Below the pieces are notes generated by a model that was not told the DNA's origin, made no database searches, and saw only the letters and a program-made list of their open reading frames with translations. 64,000 bases of DNA from an uncultured Verrucomicrobiae bacterium. Its GTDB lineage: Bacteria > Verrucomicrobiota > Verrucomicrobiia > Chthoniobacterales > JAFAMB01. Where the stretch lies: contig CAWEXO010000005.1 in the NCBI GenBank assembly GCA_963813025.1, positions 32,001 to 96,000 of the forward strand, written 5' to 3'. Below are positions 62,602 through 64,000 of the stretch, piece by piece. Made by a program: the position numbers and the translations under genes. Position 1 is the stretch's first letter, and the number at the start of each line of letters is the position of its first letter.

Positions 62602-62946
62602 ATGACACAACAAACAACGAAAGTTAAATCCCCAACACGTCTTAGCCAGTCTGATTTTGGCAAAAGGCTCTGGCTACTTGCCAGCGGCGCAAACTGGTTC
62701 GGGCGTGTTCACATGACAGAACTCGATCAAGCCCAGCTCTACGCCGAGATCTGTGATTCGCTCAGTTGCCTGGCAAAGGCGATCATCGCCAAAGATACCG
62801 ACTCAGATGAGCTGCTTGGCTTGATCGCTGACGAGATGGCTGAGTATGCACGCCAACAGCAATGCCGGCTCGATCGGTTAGAGCAAGAACAAGATTGGTT
62901 CGTTGATCAGGGGGAAGCCAACACCGAACAGAAGCCCAAACTCTAG
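62602..62946 (+). CDS. Hypothetical element protein
   Basis: 114-aa ORF, helical and acidic, co-oriented with the element; alternative start ATG 62713. Confidence 0.5.
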   Translation: MTQQTTKVKSPTRLSQSDFGKRLWLLASGANWFGRVHMTELDQAQLYAEICDSLSCLAKAIIAKDTDSDELLGLIADEMAEYARQQQCRLDRLEQEQDWFVDQGEANTEQKPKL

Positions 62947-62955
62947 CCGGCATTT

Positions 62956-63396
62956 ATGGACGAATTCTCTGATAACGATATCACCTGGCCGCAATTCCGG
63001 GAACGGTACTGCGCCGGGAATGCCGATCTCACGAACCTGGTTGACACTTTCGAGGCGGCCGGGATCGAACTGCGGCGGTACGCCAATCGGATGGAACTAG
63101 GGCGCCCCCACGGCCTCTTGACGGTAACGAACGGAATCAATGATTACCTGATTGCCGGCGACTTCGTAACCGACGGGCTCAGCCTTTTTGTATCGAACCG
63201 CCCGGGGAAACCTACGTGCCAGTCCATCTGGTGCGTCTCAAACCGGGACAGTCGAACTGGCAAGGGATCGTTGAGAGTATCGCGGCAGATAGCCTGCGCT
63301 AGAAACCAAACCCGCCCCGAGGAAAACGAAAATAAACCCCGGGGCGGACAACCCGTTTCCCCTAAAGCACGCCTGAAATTTAGTTTTTGTCACTAA
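62956..63396 (+). CDS. Hypothetical element protein
   Basis: 146-aa ORF starting 10 nt after the previous stop. Confidence 0.5.
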   Translation: MDEFSDNDITWPQFRERYCAGNADLTNLVDTFEAAGIELRRYANRMELGRPHGLLTVTNGINDYLIAGDFVTDGLSLFVSNRPGKPTCQSIWCVSNRDSRTGKGSLRVSRQIACARNQTRPEENENKPRGGQPVSPKARLKFSFCH

Positions 63397-63434
63397 AAAG
63401 TAAAGGCGTACAATCTGTCAACCTACCTTAACCT

Positions 63435-64000
63435 ATGCCAGTTTCCGCTGAGAATTTTTTTTCCACCACAACCTTGATCGACGGCTTTAAGGAAATCCCG
63501 CCTAGCGAAAGCTTTCTGAACTCAAGCTTTTTCGGCGAAGTTAAATTTTTTGATGGCCGGTTTTGTGCCGTCGATACGAAACGCGCCCGCCGAATTCTGG
63601 CGCCCGTCGCCAAGCGCGGCCAGCTTGGGCGCGCCATTATCCGCCCACCGGTGGCAACGTCATTTTACGACGTTCCGATCATCGCACCAATCCGCGTAAG
63701 TACCGTCGCCGATCTCGATGAACGCGGATTTGGTGAGCACATTTTCCAGACTCGTTCCGCTACTGATCGCCTAGCCGAACAAGCGGTCGACGACTACGCG
63801 GAATTGGAAGCCGCAATCAGTCGCCGGATCGAGCTGATGACGTCGCAGCTTTTGCTTACCGGCACAATCAGTTATGTCCTTGATGATGGCGTAACGGTTG
63901 AAACTTTGGAATATGGGAAACCGACAGTGACACTGACGGTTGTCCCTTGGGATAGCCCCGACGCCGATCCGATCGCGGATCTTGCCCGCGCACACAACCT
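63435..64000 (+). CDS. Major capsid protein, lambda gpE-like (Phage_cap_E); 3'-truncated by window edge
   Basis: Hand translation, open to the window end: MPVSAENFFSTTTLIDGFKEIPPSESFLNSSFF...RRILAPVAKRGQLG...DLDERGFGE...LEAAISRRIELMTSQLLLTGTI...WDSPDADPIADL. Absent from the ORF track because there is no stop in the window. Confidence 0.8.
   Translation, partial: MPVSAENFFSTTTLIDGFKEIPPSESFLNSSFFGEVKFFDGRFCAVDTKRARRILAPVAKRGQLGRAIIRPPVATSFYDVPIIAPIRVSTVADLDERGFGEHIFQTRSATDRLAEQAVDDYAELEAAISRRIELMTSQLLLTGTISYVLDDGVTVETLEYGKPTVTLTVVPWDSPDADPIADLARAHN

Larger units (their letters stand above)
57810..64000. mobile_element. tRNA-Leu-integrated PICI-like phage satellite or compact prophage (left part; runs off window)
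   Basis: att fragment, integrase, XRE regulator, xis-like HTH, primase, AAA helicase, iterons and major capsid gene within ~6 kb. Confidence 0.82.

Noticed and set aside
1..64000. CRISPR array or rRNA genes
   Set aside because: No regularly spaced 23-47 bp direct repeats with unique spacers, no cas genes and no rRNA-like sequence seen. The repeats found are palindromic or short tandem types.

Overview
Bacterial chromosomal window with moderately high GC. Gene content and style suggest Verrucomicrobiota; this is an inference, not tested. 1-17.8 kb: the end of an NRPS cluster with two paralogous TE-terminated synthetases ([A]-T-E-C-A-T-TE and C-A-T-E-C-A-T-TE) flanking a stand-alone A-T protein. 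The two large genes share near-identical T-E-C and T-TE blocks but have different A domains, and both thioesterases carry Cys (GYCTG) instead of Ser. 17.7-24.5 kb: exopolysaccharide locus (GT2, outer-membrane barrel, Wzc, Wza-like, priming sugar transferase). 24.8-57.2 kb: housekeeping and metabolic genes, including M32 peptidase, USP, a heavily frameshifted acnA, peroxiredoxin, a putative envelope-lipid modification cluster, pgi-zwf, a sugar ABC transporter, AKR, aquaporin, prolyl oligopeptidase, a frameshifted GH3 and an MFS transporter. Intergenic spaces hold MITE-like palindromes, GTAG-type REP doublets and short tandem repeats. 57.8-64 kb: the left end of an element integrated at tRNA-Leu(TAA), carrying integrase, a divergent repressor/xis switch, primase, AAA helicase, an iteron-rich putative origin and a lambda gpE-like major capsid gene that the ORF track misses. 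It looks like a PICI-like phage satellite. Several single-base frameshifts are probably long-read errors. All domain calls are by-eye motif recognition, not database searches.
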